Shown here one piece after another: positions 62,762-64,000 of a stretch of 64,000 nt of DNA. A model generated the notes under the pieces. That model made no database searches and had not been told where the DNA came from. It saw only the letters and a program-made list of their open reading frames with translations. The stretch's first letter is position 1; every line of letters begins with the position of its first letter. This DNA comes from Neovahlkampfia damariscottae (lineage: Eukaryota): positions 1-64,000 of the forward strand of contig JABLTG010000105.1 in the NCBI GenBank assembly GCA_016618085.1. The letters are read 5' to 3'. The translations under genes and the position numbers were made by a program.

Positions 62762-62878
62762 AAAAAAAAAACTGTACACTATCAAAAGTCTATTCAATAA
62801 ACTGTCAAGTTATTAAAGAATTCTCTTAATCACTCAACTCAAAAAAATTATACACAATTTATTCAATTTCAGTTTTTT

Positions 62879-64000
62879 TTATTTAAAAAATGAATGAGTG
62901 ACAATTGGATCACCATGTGGACAATCAAGATCTCCTTCATGTATTAAAGGTGTAAATCTCATAATTTCCTTTTTAATTTTTTGGATTTCTTGTAAAATTG
63001 ATTTAATTTTCAAGTCATTTCCTTTTGCTTCAAATTTCATTTTTTCCAACCTGTCAGCTTCCAACTCGAAAGAAATATATTTCATCCAAAATGCTCTATC
63101 AAATGATTTCAACAAATTGAATTCGTCTGACCAGTGATCTTCAAATTCTGAGTCAAGTTCGTTTAGTTGTTTCAAAAATTCATCGAGTTGTGTGTGTGTG
63201 TTGAATTTGATTGAATCATTTGGTAAATTAAATGTTCTTTGAAATTTCTTAGAGTATTCAAATATCAATTCTGTTGATCCTTCTCTTTTAATTCTGTCTA
63301 AAAATAATCCAATCGAAAACGGAAGTTTGTATTCAACATTAATACTCTTTAACAAAGCTTCAACAAAATCTTGAGAATTTCCGAACTTTTCTTTGTTAAT
63401 ATTCTCTTTTTCTGAATATTTCTTCGTTGTATTCCATTTTTCAATTTCTTCTGAGACCTGTAAACCATTTAGTTTTTTTTTTTTAACAAACTGTGTTAAT
63501 GATTGGCTTTACACTGTTGACTTGATATATTGCTCCGATATCTGAACTAAGAAACGCAGCAGTTGACACACATTTTCTTGGAATACATAAACCACAATCA
63601 TCCCATTCAAATAACTAAGAAAATAATCAACAATAATTGGTAGGTTACCCATGGACCGATCATCAATGCAGATCTAAATTTTGATCCTAAAAATGAATAT
63701 TTAAATGATGAAAGTATTGGGGAAAAAAAATCCTTCAACTTTGTTGAATCCTTCTCACTTTGCAAAAAAACAATTTTGATTTTTGCAAATTTCTTTAGTT
63801 GTTTTTGAGATATCTTCAAATCTGATTTAATCATTTCTGTGACTTGAACTGAATTTCTAAATTTTGGATCAATCTTCCAATCATCAACTGAAAGATAATC
63901 TTCTTTTAATAAGCTTGATTGAGCCAAAACTTTTGCAAAAAGTCGTAATTCATCTTCTGAAGATGATTCTTTATGATATGTTGAATTTTTTAATTTATAT
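62879..64000 (-). CDS. PPPDE/permuted papain-like domain protein (5'-partial), catalytic residues substituted
   Basis: Spliced: FRSALMIGPW|LFEWDDCGLCIPRKC..KWNTTKKY..FGNSQDFVEALL; the frame is open to the window edge. Confidence 0.6.

Noticed and set aside
1..64000. Prokaryotic operon, CRISPR array, transposase/Fanzor or integrated virus
   Set aside because: The genes are spliceosomal-intron-containing eukaryotic genes. I saw no direct-repeat array, RuvC/DDE/RT motifs, terminal inverted repeats or capsid genes.

Overview
This is very AT-rich, gene-dense eukaryotic (protist) nuclear DNA in the standard genetic code. It has tiny GT-AG introns (about 28-50 nt), very short intergenic spacers and a CCAAT box just upstream of most ATGs. 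Gene content and style suggest a Naegleria-like heterolobosean; this is inference, not proven. About 45 protein genes can be assembled from the fragmented ORF track. They include two PARP-family ADP-ribosyltransferases, START, TPR, INTS14-like, nucleoside hydrolase, eIF3i, a pseudo-USP, a divergent 14-3-3, TatD, a KIF22-like kinesin, an ABCC transporter, eL22, RPF2, RbfA, a membrane-tethered bZIP, kaptin-like, G-beta, a RING-less TRIM-like protein, an LRR protein, a 3-His cupin, a GMC oxidoreductase, a RasGAP-Kelch-RhoGAP fusion, a formin, CysRS, a dysbindin-like/LIM protein, SERINC, mitochondrial uL3, phospholipase B, SRAP/HMCES and an alpha/beta hydrolase. There is also one tRNA-Lys(TTT). 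The most striking unexplained element is an approximately 245-nt, highly base-paired non-coding RNA candidate (61907-62150) ending in T8, 190 bp downstream of the tRNA. It matches no RNA family I can recognise. Other highlights are a 72-aa KEN-box/D-box/FR-tail microprotein (candidate APC/C inhibitor), an intronless cupin of possible bacterial or viral origin, and a cluster of -1 frameshifts confined to the first 3 kb. All family calls come from motif recognition by eye; no searches were run.
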